From positions 71,491-135,490 of the forward strand of contig CAVUPV010000006.1 in the NCBI GenBank assembly GCA_963743395.1: DNA of 64,000 bases, read 5' to 3'. The stretch is from an uncultured Alphaproteobacteria bacterium (GTDB lineage Bacteria; Pseudomonadota; Alphaproteobacteria; Rhizobiales; Xanthobacteraceae). The notes below the pieces were generated by a model, which was not told where the DNA came from, made no database searches, and saw nothing but the letters and a program-made list of their open reading frames with translations. A program made the translations under genes and the position numbers. Shown piece by piece: positions 37,791-47,077 of the stretch (positions are counted from its first letter, which is position 1; each line of letters starts with the position of its first letter).

Positions 37791-38882
37791 ATGATGTCAA
37801 CCGTGATCGGCGGCGCCATGCTGCCGCATGCGCCGCAATTCTTCACCATGCCGGACACCGAGGACAAGGCGCTGGTCGCGCATGTGCGCGACGTCGCCGC
37901 CGATGTCGGCGAAAGGCTGCGCGCGCTCAATCCCGATCTGTGGATCATCTTTTCCAACGACCATGCCGAGCAATTTTTTCACACCACCGCGCCGCCGTTC
38001 ACCGTGCATGTCGGCGGCGAGGCGACCGGCGAATTTGCCGGACGGAAGTTCCACTGGAAGATCCCGAGCGAAATCGGCTTCGAGCTGGTGCGCCAGCTTT
38101 ACCGGCAGAATTTCGATCCGGCCTTCACCTCGACGGCGAAGATCGATTACGCCATCGGCATTCCGCTTACCCATCTCGGACATACCGGTGCGGTGCTGCC
38201 GATCTACGTCAACGCCTATCTGCCGCCGCAGCCGACCATGGAGCGCTGCTACCAGTTCGGCCAGGCGGTGGCGCGCACCGTCACCGCGTTGGGCCTAAAG
38301 ACGGTGATCCTGTCCAGCGGCGGCATGTCGCATTTTCCCGGCACCGACCGCTATTCCAATCCGGAGCTCGCTTGGGACAAACGCGTGCTGGAAAAGCTCG
38401 CCGCCGGAAACCTGAAATCGCTGATCGGATTTGACGAGGCCGAGCTCGACGATACCGGCAATATCGAGTTGCGCTGCTGGGCCTGCGCCGCAGGCGCGCT
38501 CGGCGAACGCAAGCCAGACGTGGTGTCGATGGATCCGAGCTGGCATCACAACTACGCGTCGCTCGCCTGGATCGGCGGCGAGCAGCAGCACCGCCCCGCG
38601 CACTATCCCTCGATCAAGCCAGAGCTGGTGGAGCTGACATCGGCGCTGCACGGGCTGGCGCACGATCCGCAACAGCGCGCGCAATACCTGGCCGACGCCA
38701 GCGCCTTCGCCGACCGCTTCCGGCTGCCGCCGGAGCAGCGCGAGGCGCTGATCAAGCTCGACATAGCGTCGATCGTAAAAATGGGCGCCCATCCGCTGGT
38801 GCCGTTTCTGGCGCAGTTGCAAATTCAGCGGCTGCGGCCGAAAGCCGCCAAGCAGAGAGTTTCCGAGGAGCATGGTGCATGA
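37791..38882 (+). CDS. class III extradiol ring-cleavage dioxygenase, fused LigB-LigA type (gallate/protocatechuate 4,5-dioxygenase-like)
   Basis: LigB-like N-terminus: GGAMLPHAPQFF..IIFSNDHAEQFF..IDYAIGIPL..SGGMSHFPG. C-terminal roughly 90 aa is LigA-like: HDPQQRAQYLADASAFADRFRLPPEQREALIKLD. Confidence 0.8.
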   Translation: MMSTVIGGAMLPHAPQFFTMPDTEDKALVAHVRDVAADVGERLRALNPDLWIIFSNDHAEQFFHTTAPPFTVHVGGEATGEFAGRKFHWKIPSEIGFELVRQLYRQNFDPAFTSTAKIDYAIGIPLTHLGHTGAVLPIYVNAYLPPQPTMERCYQFGQAVARTVTALGLKTVILSSGGMSHFPGTDRYSNPELAWDKRVLEKLAAGNLKSLIGFDEAELDDTGNIELRCWACAAGALGERKPDVVSMDPSWHHNYASLAWIGGEQQHRPAHYPSIKPELVELTSALHGLAHDPQQRAQYLADASAFADRFRLPPEQREALIKLDIASIVKMGAHPLVPFLAQLQIQRLRPKAAKQRVSEEHGA

Positions 38883-39811
38883 AAAAACTCGTTCTCGAAA
38901 CCACGGCGCCGTTCCAGGGATTGCCGGAGATCGTCGCCTATGATGGAGGCCTGTTCGCCAAGGAGGGACTCAAGATCGAATGGGCCGACCGAGAAAAGGG
39001 CGTCGACAAGAAGCTCGAGATCAATGTCACAACGCCAAAGGGCGTCGATCCGTTCGCCAGCCACGGCAAGCTCCTCGAACAGGGCAGAGCCGACATGTAC
39101 AACGCCTGCGAATGGGGCAATTACTGCCGCGTTGCGGGCACCGCGCAGAACAGCCGCCAGCTTGGCCGCCGCGCCATTGTCGCCTACGCGGCCATCGTGG
39201 TGCGGCCGGATTCACCGGTCTATACGCCGCAGCAACTCGCCAACCGCACCATCGGCGTGCCGTTCTATTTCGGCACGCATTACATTGCGCTCCATATGCT
39301 GGAAGGTTTTTTGCCGCGCGAAGCGATCAAGCTGTGTCGGGCACCAAACGGCTCGCGCTATCGCCTCGACGCGCTGATGAAGGGCGACGTGGATGCCACC
39401 ACGCTCACCGAACCGCATGTCACGCTCGCCGAGAAGAAGGGCTGCCGCATCATCTGCTCGGCGTTCTTTCACGGTACCGAAGTCGCTTCCGACCGCGTCG
39501 ACGCCGAGACCTACGCGGCGTTCAATCGCGCGGTGCGCGAGGCGGTGCGCCGCATCAATGCCGACAAGAAAGCCTACATGCACTATTTCATCGACTATTA
39601 CGCCGAGAAGGATGCGGAGATCGCTGCGCTCAGGATCGATGATTTGCGCGAGAGCCGGCTGGTGGTTTGCGATCCGGCGCCAATCCCGCTCGACGAATTG
39701 CAGCGCACGTACGACTGGCTCAAGAGCTGGGGCATGCTCGAAGAAACCGCTTCGCCCCTGCAACTCGTCGACGTCGCGGTCCAAGCCCGCGCCCATGAGG
39801 CGGCGCAGTAG
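38879..39811 (+). CDS. NMT1/THI5-like (periplasmic-binding-protein fold) protein without a signal peptide
   Basis: ATGA overlap with the dioxygenase stop. Sequence: MKKLVLETTAPFQGLPEIVAYDGGLFAKEGLKIEW.. No hydrophobic N-terminus. Confidence 0.7.
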   Translation: MKKLVLETTAPFQGLPEIVAYDGGLFAKEGLKIEWADREKGVDKKLEINVTTPKGVDPFASHGKLLEQGRADMYNACEWGNYCRVAGTAQNSRQLGRRAIVAYAAIVVRPDSPVYTPQQLANRTIGVPFYFGTHYIALHMLEGFLPREAIKLCRAPNGSRYRLDALMKGDVDATTLTEPHVTLAEKKGCRIICSAFFHGTEVASDRVDAETYAAFNRAVREAVRRINADKKAYMHYFIDYYAEKDAEIAALRIDDLRESRLVVCDPAPIPLDELQRTYDWLKSWGMLEETASPLQLVDVAVQARAHEAAQ

Positions 39812-40225
39812 ATGCGCGTATTCCGGCGCGCAACCTTACTGCTCGGCCTGGCCCTCCTCATTGGCGGCTGCGGCCATCGCGGCTTCGATGGCGGCGCCGG
39901 CGGTGACGACGACGGCGTCAACGCCTACCCGAAGAATTACCGGTCCGACATTCTCGCCGCCATGCACGCTTATCTGAACGATCCGACCGACATTCACGAT
40001 GCCGCCATTGCCGACCCGGCCTTGAAATCGGTCGGCAATAACACGCGCTATGTGGCGTGCCTGAAATTCAATGCGAAGAAGAACGCCAAGGATTATGCCG
40101 GCGTGAAGGAGGTTGCGGCAGTGTTCCTGGCCGGCCGGTTCGATCAGTTCGTCGACACCCCAAAGGACCTATGCGCCGGGGTAACCTATGCGCCGTTCCC
40201 CGAATTGCAGAAACTATCGCCGTGA
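39812..40225 (+). CDS. lipoprotein, hypothetical
   Basis: Lipobox MRVFRRATLLLGLALLIGGC. The start abuts the previous stop (TAGATG). Confidence 0.6.
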   Translation: MRVFRRATLLLGLALLIGGCGHRGFDGGAGGDDDGVNAYPKNYRSDILAAMHAYLNDPTDIHDAAIADPALKSVGNNTRYVACLKFNAKKNAKDYAGVKEVAAVFLAGRFDQFVDTPKDLCAGVTYAPFPELQKLSP

Positions 40226-40347
40226 TATTGCCGCGAATGCGGCTGAGTGGTGAAAGGGCATCGGCCAAAATCGGGGGAGGCAAATCGGTGGGGAGGATCG
40301 TCTTGGCGTCCAAGCAATTGCCCAGTGAATTATTCAAGAGATTATCG

Positions 40348-40896
40348 ATGACATTGGCGCCGATGGCGGCCGGTGCGGTGGTTTTTCTCCTGCTGGCCGG
40401 GCAGCTAGCCGTCGCGCAATCCGGCCCGCTGCCATCCCCGGATCAGCCTGGGCCAGCGCAAGCGGCCCCGGATCAACCCGGCCCACCTGGCCCACCGCCT
40501 GGCGGTCCGCCGCCGCCCGGTGGACCGCAAGGCGGCGCGCCACCACCTGGCGTCGTCAATACCACGGTCAACCTGCGGCAAGGACCCGGCACGAATTATA
40601 CCGTCATCACCAAAATTCCGGCTGGCGCGCCGGTCGATGTGTCGGGTTGCAGCGGCCAGTGGTGCCAGGTCAGCTTTCAGGGTCAGAACGGCTATGTGAT
40701 TGCATCGAGCCTCGGCCAAGCCGGTCCGCCGGGCGGCCCACCAGGCTATCCGCCCCCGGGCTATCCGCCGCCAGGCTATCCACCGCCGCCGGGTTATGGC
40801 GCGCCGCCGCCGTATTACGGTCCGTACTATTACGGCTACGGGCCCTATTACGGCTGGCACGGCCACGGCAATTACGGCTGGCACCGCCACTGGTGA
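40348..40896 (+). CDS. secreted SH3b-domain protein with a Pro-rich linker and a Gly/Tyr/His/Trp-rich tail
   Basis: Signal peptide MTLAPMAAGAVVFLLLAGQLAVAQ. SH3b: VNLRQGPGTNYTVITKIPAGAPVDVSGCSGQWCQVSFQGQNGYVIASSL. Tail: (PPGY)n..YYGPYYYGYGPYYGWHGHGNYGWHRHW. Confidence 0.7.
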   Translation: MTLAPMAAGAVVFLLLAGQLAVAQSGPLPSPDQPGPAQAAPDQPGPPGPPPGGPPPPGGPQGGAPPPGVVNTTVNLRQGPGTNYTVITKIPAGAPVDVSGCSGQWCQVSFQGQNGYVIASSLGQAGPPGGPPGYPPPGYPPPGYPPPPGYGAPPPYYGPYYYGYGPYYGWHGHGNYGWHRHW

Positions 40897-40927
40897 CGCC
40901 GCGGCGACGGCGTCACCGCGACCCGTG

Positions 40928-41299
40928 TCAGTCCCGCATCTCGACGTGGAAGCGGTGCAGCACGCGATGAAAGATCGGCGCCAGCACGACGCCGGTGGCG
41001 ATGACGATAATGAGACCGGACAAGATCGCGTAGCAGCCGGCGAAAATCTTGCCGCCGGTCGTTTTCAATTCACCGAGCGGACCCATGCCGGAGAGGATCA
41101 TCGCCGCATTCACGAAAGCATCGACGAATGACATGTTTTCGAATTCGGCATAACCGGCGATCCCGATCGCCAGCCCAGCCGTCGTCAATATCGTCCATAG
41201 GGCGATGGCAATGAGCATGCGGGCGGCGAATGTCCGGCGCGAAGCGACCGGCTGACCGCGGCGCTCGAAGCCGGTGATGCTGGGCGTTCGAAATGCCAT
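40928..41299 (-). CDS. small 2-TM membrane protein with a K-channel-like TM-pore helix-TM layout
   Basis: Sequence: RMLIAIALWTILTTAGLAIGIAGY - SFVDAFVNAAMILSGMGPLGE - GKIFAGCYAILSGLIIVIATGVVL. The selectivity-filter position reads SGMGP rather than TVGYG. Confidence 0.55.
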   Translation of the reverse strand: MAFRTPSITGFERRGQPVASRRTFAARMLIAIALWTILTTAGLAIGIAGYAEFENMSFVDAFVNAAMILSGMGPLGELKTTGGKIFAGCYAILSGLIIVIATGVVLAPIFHRVLHRFHVEMRD

Positions 41300-41398
41300 T
41301 TGAATCCTTCACGACTATCTAGCGGTATCCTGCGCAACAAAAAACCGCGGGAATGACCCGGGGTTTCTGCAACGCGTCCGTTTATAGCTCAGAATTTG

Positions 41399-42318
41399 TA
41401 GCTTACGCCCGCTCGCGCCACGCTGACTTGGGTGTTACCCCAGACAAAATTGGACGGGAGGGTCGCTGGTCCGCCCGACGCGACGACGTTCGGGCCCTTG
41501 TCGAGGTGGTAGGAAAGATACTCGGCCCGCAACGTCCAATTGTCAGTCATCATCCATTCGACACCGCCGCCTGCGACATAGCCGCTTTGGGTACTCGATG
41601 AACTGGATGTGACCAGGTAGCCTTGCCGTTGTTGGTCGCCACGGCGCTGTAGTCCCCTTTTTGCCTAAGCCGCGCCGCCGGTCGCGTAAGCCATAAGATC
41701 GGGCGAGATGAGATAACCGACGCGACCACGCGCCGAGGCGAGCCAATCTAGATTGGCGCTCATGGCTGTTTGCGAACCAGGGGAGATTCCAAAGCCGGGT
41801 TCTGGCATCCACGGCTCGGTCGCGGTTCCCTTCGCTTTGGTCCAGGTCCCATCGCCTTCGAGTCCAATGACCCAGTCGGGCATGATCTGATCGTTATAGC
41901 CGACGTGACCGCCGCCGACAAAACCGACGCCGCGATCGTTGCGGAGTTGGGGAACACGCCGAAGGTGGCCGGATCGGGCAGCGGATTCCACGTCGCCGGA
42001 GTGCTGAGCCAGGCCGCACCCGCATCGGCGCCGACGTAAAAGCCGGTCCAGATCGGAGGTGGCGGCAGTAGCGGCGCTTTGGTGAAGAGCGGCCCCTTGG
42101 TGGCTATCGGTCCCTTGCCGATGATCGGCGGCGGCGCTTTGCCCTTGCCCATTTCAAGGAAATCGGACGGCGCTTTGCCCATTTCCGAGAAGTCCGGGGG
42201 GCCTTGCCCATTTGCGAGAAGTCCGGCGGCGGTATCGTCATGTCGGCGGCGAGCGCGCCAGATGCGTAGGCCAGGCCGAGAAGCACGGTGACAATTAACG
42301 TACGATAATACGTTGCAC
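41399..42318 (-). pseudogene. outer-membrane beta-barrel porin (Omp25/RopB-like), heavily degraded
   Basis: GGAGA RBS plus GTG at 42318 (MQRIIVR). The reading frame must then switch at least 5 times: the signal peptide (LIVTVLLGLAYASGALAADM); the C-run at about 42200; about 41945; an in-frame TAG at 41665-67 (GGAA*, expected W); and about 41610. The canonical barrel end VARAGVSYKF* is at 41399-41401. Confidence 0.75.
42140..42235. repeat. about 33-bp tandem repeat x3 inside the porin pseudogene (encodes DFSQMGKAP / DFSEMGKAP / DFLEMGKGKAP)
   Basis: Direct reading: gcccatttcaaggaaatcggacggcgcttt / gcccatttccgagaagtccggggggcctt / gcccatttgcgagaagtccggcggcgg. Confidence 0.8.
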
Positions 42319-42575
42319 TTTCGTCTCCACACGAATCACTGATGAGAATTTTCCGCGCAAATGGTTTAAAAGCGGCAAGCTTTCCGGCGGCGGCGCGGCA
42401 ATGCAGTATCAAAATGGAACGATCCAGGGCGCGTGTGGCGGGGATGCCACAAAAACAGCGCGTCAGGCATGCGCGTCCGTTACCACGTGCCGGAAATGCC
42501 AGCTTCATCCCGCCGGGAATTTCGCTAATATTGCGTCAAATCCACCGTTTTCAAGACAGCGACCGAGGACACATC

Positions 42576-43613
42576 ATGCTAGAAAAACACTACGACCGCG
42601 CCGCGCAGGACATCGGCAACATCGTCAATCTCGGCCACGTCAATGTCTGCATCAGCGATCAGCATCTCGCCACGCATTTTTACGTCACCGGGCTCGGCCT
42701 GACGCGCGATCCGTTCCTCAATACCGGCGCCGGCAATATGTGGATCAATGCCGGCATGAGCCAATTCCATCTGCCGATGGGCAAGCCCGATCAGGTGCGC
42801 GGTGTTATCGGCCTGGTCATCCCGGACCGCGCGGCGCTCCTGGAGCGGCTTAAGCGCGTGCGCAAGGCGCTCGCCGATACCAAATTCGATTTCCGCGAGA
42901 GCAACGACTGCGTCGAGACGGTCTGCCCATGGGGCAACCGCATCCACATCCATGAACCCGATGTGGAGCGCTTCGGCCGCATCCAGCTCGGCATGCCCTA
43001 TGTCCGCTTCGATGTACGCCCCGGCACGACGGAACGTATCGCGCGGTTCTATCCCGAGGTGATGCACGCGCCAGCGCAGGCTCTCAAGAACGGCGCCGGT
43101 CCGGAAGCGCGGGTGCAGGTCGGTGAGAAGCAATATTTCTATTTCCGCGAGACCGACGCGCCGGAGGCGCCCTACGACCGGCACCATGTGCAAATTTACA
43201 TCGCCGATTTCTCGCGGCCGTACCGCAAGCTGATCGATCTCGGCCTGATTACGATAGAGGACAACGAGTACCAATATCGCTTCAAGGACGTGATCGATCT
43301 CGACACCAAGGAAGTGCTGTTCACCGTCGAGCACGAGACGCGCAGCCAGACCAATCCGATGTATGGCCGCCCGCTGGTCAATCGCAATCCGGCGCAGACC
43401 AACATGGATTACAAGCCCGGCCACGACAGCCTGGCCTGGAGCGATGTGGTGAGCTGGAGACGTGCAGGCGCGCGCTCGTCATCGGCGGCTCGCTGGGCGG
43501 CCTTCTCGCCGCGCATCTGCTGCGCTCGGCCGGCTGGAACGCGGTGGTGTTCGAACGCAACGAAGAGGAGCTGGCGAGCCGCGGCGTCGGACTCGGCACG
43601 CATCCGCAGCTGA
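42576..43613 (+). CDS. hypothetical enzyme, two-module VOC/glyoxalase-like fold suspected; 3' end uncertain
   Basis: GAGGA RBS plus ATG at 42576. Sequence: NLGHVNVCISDQHLATHFYVTGLGLTRDP .. HHVQIYIADFSRPYRKL. After about 43445 the ORF reads through the out-of-frame start of the next gene, so the true stop is probably lost or shifted. Confidence 0.55.
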   Translation: MLEKHYDRAAQDIGNIVNLGHVNVCISDQHLATHFYVTGLGLTRDPFLNTGAGNMWINAGMSQFHLPMGKPDQVRGVIGLVIPDRAALLERLKRVRKALADTKFDFRESNDCVETVCPWGNRIHIHEPDVERFGRIQLGMPYVRFDVRPGTTERIARFYPEVMHAPAQALKNGAGPEARVQVGEKQYFYFRETDAPEAPYDRHHVQIYIADFSRPYRKLIDLGLITIEDNEYQYRFKDVIDLDTKEVLFTVEHETRSQTNPMYGRPLVNRNPAQTNMDYKPGHDSLAWSDVVSWRRAGARSSSAARWAAFSPRICCARPAGTRWCSNATKRSWRAAASDSARIRS

Positions 43614-44621
43614 TCGCTATATTGAAGCGCGCCGGCGTCGATTTCGACGAGTCGATGGGGATAACGCCGCCGCGCGGCGTCTGCCTCGACGGCAGCGGAA
43701 AGATCATCAACGAACAGCCGATGGCGCGCACGCTGAGCGGCTGGGCGCGGCTGTACGGAGCATTACGCGACGCGCTGCCGGCGGACAGCTATCGGCTCGG
43801 CAAAAGGCTTACGCGGGTGGTGCAGGACGCGGCGAGCGTCACCGCAATGTTCGCCGACGGCACCAGCGAACGCGGCGATCTGTTGATCGGCGCCGATGGC
43901 GTGCGCTCCACGGTGCGCGCGCAATATCTGCCGCACGTTGAGCCTGCTTACGCCGGTTATGTCGCCTGGCGCGCGGTGCTCGACGAAGCCCAGGTGCCAC
44001 GGCGAGCTTTGGCGCGAGATGGTCGAACTCTATGCCTTCTGCCTGCCGGAGGGCGAGCAGTGCATCAGCTACGCGGTGCCGGGCCGCGACAACGACACGG
44101 CGGTCGGCCGCCGCGCCTACAATATCGTATGGTACCGGCCGACGGATCGCGACACGCTCATCGACATTTGCACCGACGCCGAGGGACGCCATTATGCCGG
44201 CGGCATCCCGCCGCCGCTGATCCGGCCCGATGTGATCGCGCGCGTCAAAGCCGACGCCAGAGCGATCCTCGCGCCGCAGATCGCCGCCATTTTTGCGCGG
44301 ACCGCGCCGTTCTTCCAGCCGATCTACGATCTGGTCTCGCCAAAACTGGTGTTCGGCCGCGTCGTGCTGGCCGGCGATGCGGCGTTCGTCGCCCGGCCCC
44401 ATGCCGGCGCGGGCACCACCAAGGCCGCGCTCGACGCGGCCTGCCTTGCCGACAGCATTCGCGACGCCGGCGATGATCTTGATTCCGGATTGATGCGTTA
44501 CGAGCGCATGCAGCAGCCCTTCGGGCAGGCCATCGTCGAGGTCAACCGGCAGGAGGGCCTCTATCTCAGCGCGCAGATCAAGGCCAGAAAGCGAGCGAAC
44601 CCCGGCCGAACTTCACCGTGA
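43449..44621 (+). pseudogene. FAD-dependent monooxygenase (2,6-dihydroxypyridine/salicylate hydroxylase-like), frameshifted
   Basis: RALVIGGSLGGLLAAHLLRSAGWNAVVFERNE..GADGVRSTVR..YAGYVAWRAVLDEAQVP is in frame 2. ELWREMVELYAFCLPEGEQCISYAVPG..VLAGDAAFVARPHAGAGTTKA is in frame 3, with the switch near 44000. There is no start codon in frame with the N-terminus. Confidence 0.7.
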
Positions 44622-44721
44622 CATCGGCGCGGTGCTGCATGCCCATATCGCGCGCAGCGACCAGGTTGGCGTCATCGTCGCCGCGCATGGCCTCGACCGG
44701 CATATTTGAACGGAGCACTTC

Positions 44722-45943
44722 ATGGCCGGACCTTTAGCGGGCGTCCGCATTCTCGATCTCACCTCTGTCGTCGCCGGCCCGCTCGCCACGCAGACGCTGG
44801 GCGACATGGGCGCCGACGTCATCAAGATCGAGGCGCCCGAGGGTGACGCGCCGCGCCACACCGGCCCTTCGCGTTCGCCGGGCATGGCGGCGTTGTTCAT
44901 GGGCCTTAACCGCAGCAAGCGTTCGCTGGTGCTCGATCTCACCAAGCCGGGCGCCAAGGACGCGCTGTGGCGGCTGATCGAAGGCGCCGACGTGTTTGCC
45001 CATTCGATGCGGCCGCAGAAAATCGAAAAGCACGGCTTCGGCCACCAGGCGGTCTGCGCGCGCAATCCGCGGATGATCTATGCCGCCATTCACGGCTATC
45101 GCGAGGGCGGACCGTATAGCCGGCAGCCGGCTTATGACGATGTCATCCAGGGCCAGTCCGGCGTCGCCGCCTTGATGTCGGAGATTGCCGGCGAGCCGCG
45201 TTACGCGCCGACCATCCTCGCCGACAAAACCACCGCGCTGGCGCTGGTCGGCGCGATCTCGGCGGCGCTCTATGCGCGGGAAAAAACCGGCCGCGGGCAG
45301 TTCGTCGAAGTGCCGATGTTCGAGTCGATGGTGTCTTTCGTGCTGGCGGAACATCTGTTCGGCCATTGCTTCGTGCCGCCGGTCGGCAAGCTCGGCTATA
45401 CGCGCGTGATGGGCGCGTGGCGGCGGCCCTACAAAACCAAGGACGGCTATCTGTGCATGATGGCCTATACCGAGCGGCACTGGCGGAAATTCTGGGCCAT
45501 GGTCGGCAAGCCGGACGTTTGCGACGATCCGCGCTTCAACAGCATCGCGACGCGCAGCGATAATGTCGTTGCGCTCTATGAAATGGCGGGCGCCTGTCTC
45601 GCCGGCAAGACGACCGACGAATGGCTCGCCTTGTTGCGCGAGTTGGAGATTCCGGCGGCACGCATGACGAAGTCTCGACGGTCTCAAGGACGATCCGCAG
45701 CTCAAGGCCGGCGGCTTCTTCAAGCGCGCGCACCATCCGAGCGAAGGCGAAATCCTCTACACCGATCCGCCGGTCCGCTTCGACGAAAGCGACGCCGCCG
45801 CGACGGGGCGCCTGCAGCCGCGGCTCGGCGAGCACAGCGTCGAGGTGCTCCGCGAGGCCGGGCTGAGCGACGGTGAGATCAAGGCGCTGTTGGCTTCGGG
45901 TGCGACCTTCGACGGCCCGCCAAAGAAACAAGCCGCCGAGTGA
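44722..45943 (+). pseudogene. CaiB/BaiF family III CoA-transferase, frameshifted near the 3' end
   Basis: MAGPLAGVRILDLTSVVAGPLATQTLGDMGADVIKIE.. is in frame 1 up to LEIPAARM (about 45668). The conserved C-terminus LDGLKDDPQLKAGGFFKRAHHPSEGEILYTDPPVRFD..GEHSVEVLREAGLSDGEIKALL continues in frame 2 to the TGA at 45941-43. Confidence 0.8.
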
Positions 45944-45946
45944 GGA

Positions 45947-47077
45947 TCAATACCGGTACGGCTCCTGCTCCCATAGCGGGAACGCCGAGAAAACGTGCGG
46001 CCCATTGGCCGGCGCCGCGGCGTGCAAATAGGACCCATCGAGCTTGCCGAAACTCGTCACGCCCAGCAGCCCGAGCGCGCGGGTCACTTCGTCTTCGAGG
46101 ATTTCGAGCATGCGCACGATGCCGGCCTGCCCCGCCGCCGCCAGCCCATAGCATTGCATGCGGCCGAGCCCGACCAGATTGGCGCCGAGCGCCAGCGCCT
46201 TGACGATGTCGGTACCGCGGTAATAGCCGCCGTCGACGATGATAGTGGCGCGGCCGCCGACCGCCTCGACGACTTCCGGCAGCACATCGGTCGAGCCGCG
46301 GCCGTGATCGAGCTGTCGGCCGCCATGATTGGAGACGTAGATGATCTCGACGCCATGATCGAGCGCGATCTTGGCGTCTTCCGCGGTGCCGATGCCCTTG
46401 ATGGCGAACGGGATCTTGAACTTGCTTTTCATGCGCTCGACGGTTTTCCAATCGAGCGCCATCTGGAAATCGCGGCCCTGCACGCGGCGGCGGCCGGCGG
46501 TGACGTGGCGCTTGGCGAGATCGCGCTCGCGCCGGCTGTAATGGGCGGTATCGACGGTGATGCAGAACGCCGAATAGCCGTGCTTGATCGCGCGCTCGGC
46601 GTGATCGTCGGCCCAGGCCGCGTCGCCGCGCACATAGAGCTGAAACATGCGCAGCGCATTCGGCGCGGCCTTGGCGACCTCTTCGAGGCCGGGATCGCAA
46701 ACCGAGCTGAGCATATGGGCGCAGCCGAATTCAGCCGCCGCCTTGACAACCGGCTCGGCGCCGTCGGGATGAAAGCTTTCCAGCGAGCCGACCGGGCAGA
46801 GCACGATCGGCAGGCGAAGCTTCTTGCCGAGCACTTCGATCGACGGATCGACCTTGCTGACGTCGCGCAGGACCCGCGGCCGGAACGCTACGGAGTCGAG
46901 CGCCATGCGGTTGCGCCGCAGCGTCGTCTCGGTCTCGGTGCCGCCGACGATATAGTCCCAATCGTTCTGATTGAGATTGGCGCGGGCTTTGGCGACGATT
47001 TCGTGCAGGGTCACGAATTGCGCGGCCGGGGAACCGTGGGTCGCCGGCGTGTCGATAATGGGTACTGGCTTGTTCAT
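45947..47077 (-). CDS. FMN-dependent alpha-hydroxy-acid dehydrogenase (L-lactate dehydrogenase/glycolate oxidase family)
   Basis: Start MNKPVPII at 47077. Sequence: WDYIVGGTETETTLRRNRMALD..ITVDTAHYSRRERD..IKGIGTAEDAK..IYVSNHGGRQLD. Confidence 0.9.
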   Translation of the reverse strand: MNKPVPIIDTPATHGSPAAQFVTLHEIVAKARANLNQNDWDYIVGGTETETTLRRNRMALDSVAFRPRVLRDVSKVDPSIEVLGKKLRLPIVLCPVGSLESFHPDGAEPVVKAAAEFGCAHMLSSVCDPGLEEVAKAAPNALRMFQLYVRGDAAWADDHAERAIKHGYSAFCITVDTAHYSRRERDLAKRHVTAGRRRVQGRDFQMALDWKTVERMKSKFKIPFAIKGIGTAEDAKIALDHGVEIIYVSNHGGRQLDHGRGSTDVLPEVVEAVGGRATIIVDGGYYRGTDIVKALALGANLVGLGRMQCYGLAAAGQAGIVRMLEILEDEVTRALGLLGVTSFGKLDGSYLHAAAPANGPHVFSAFPLWEQEPYRY

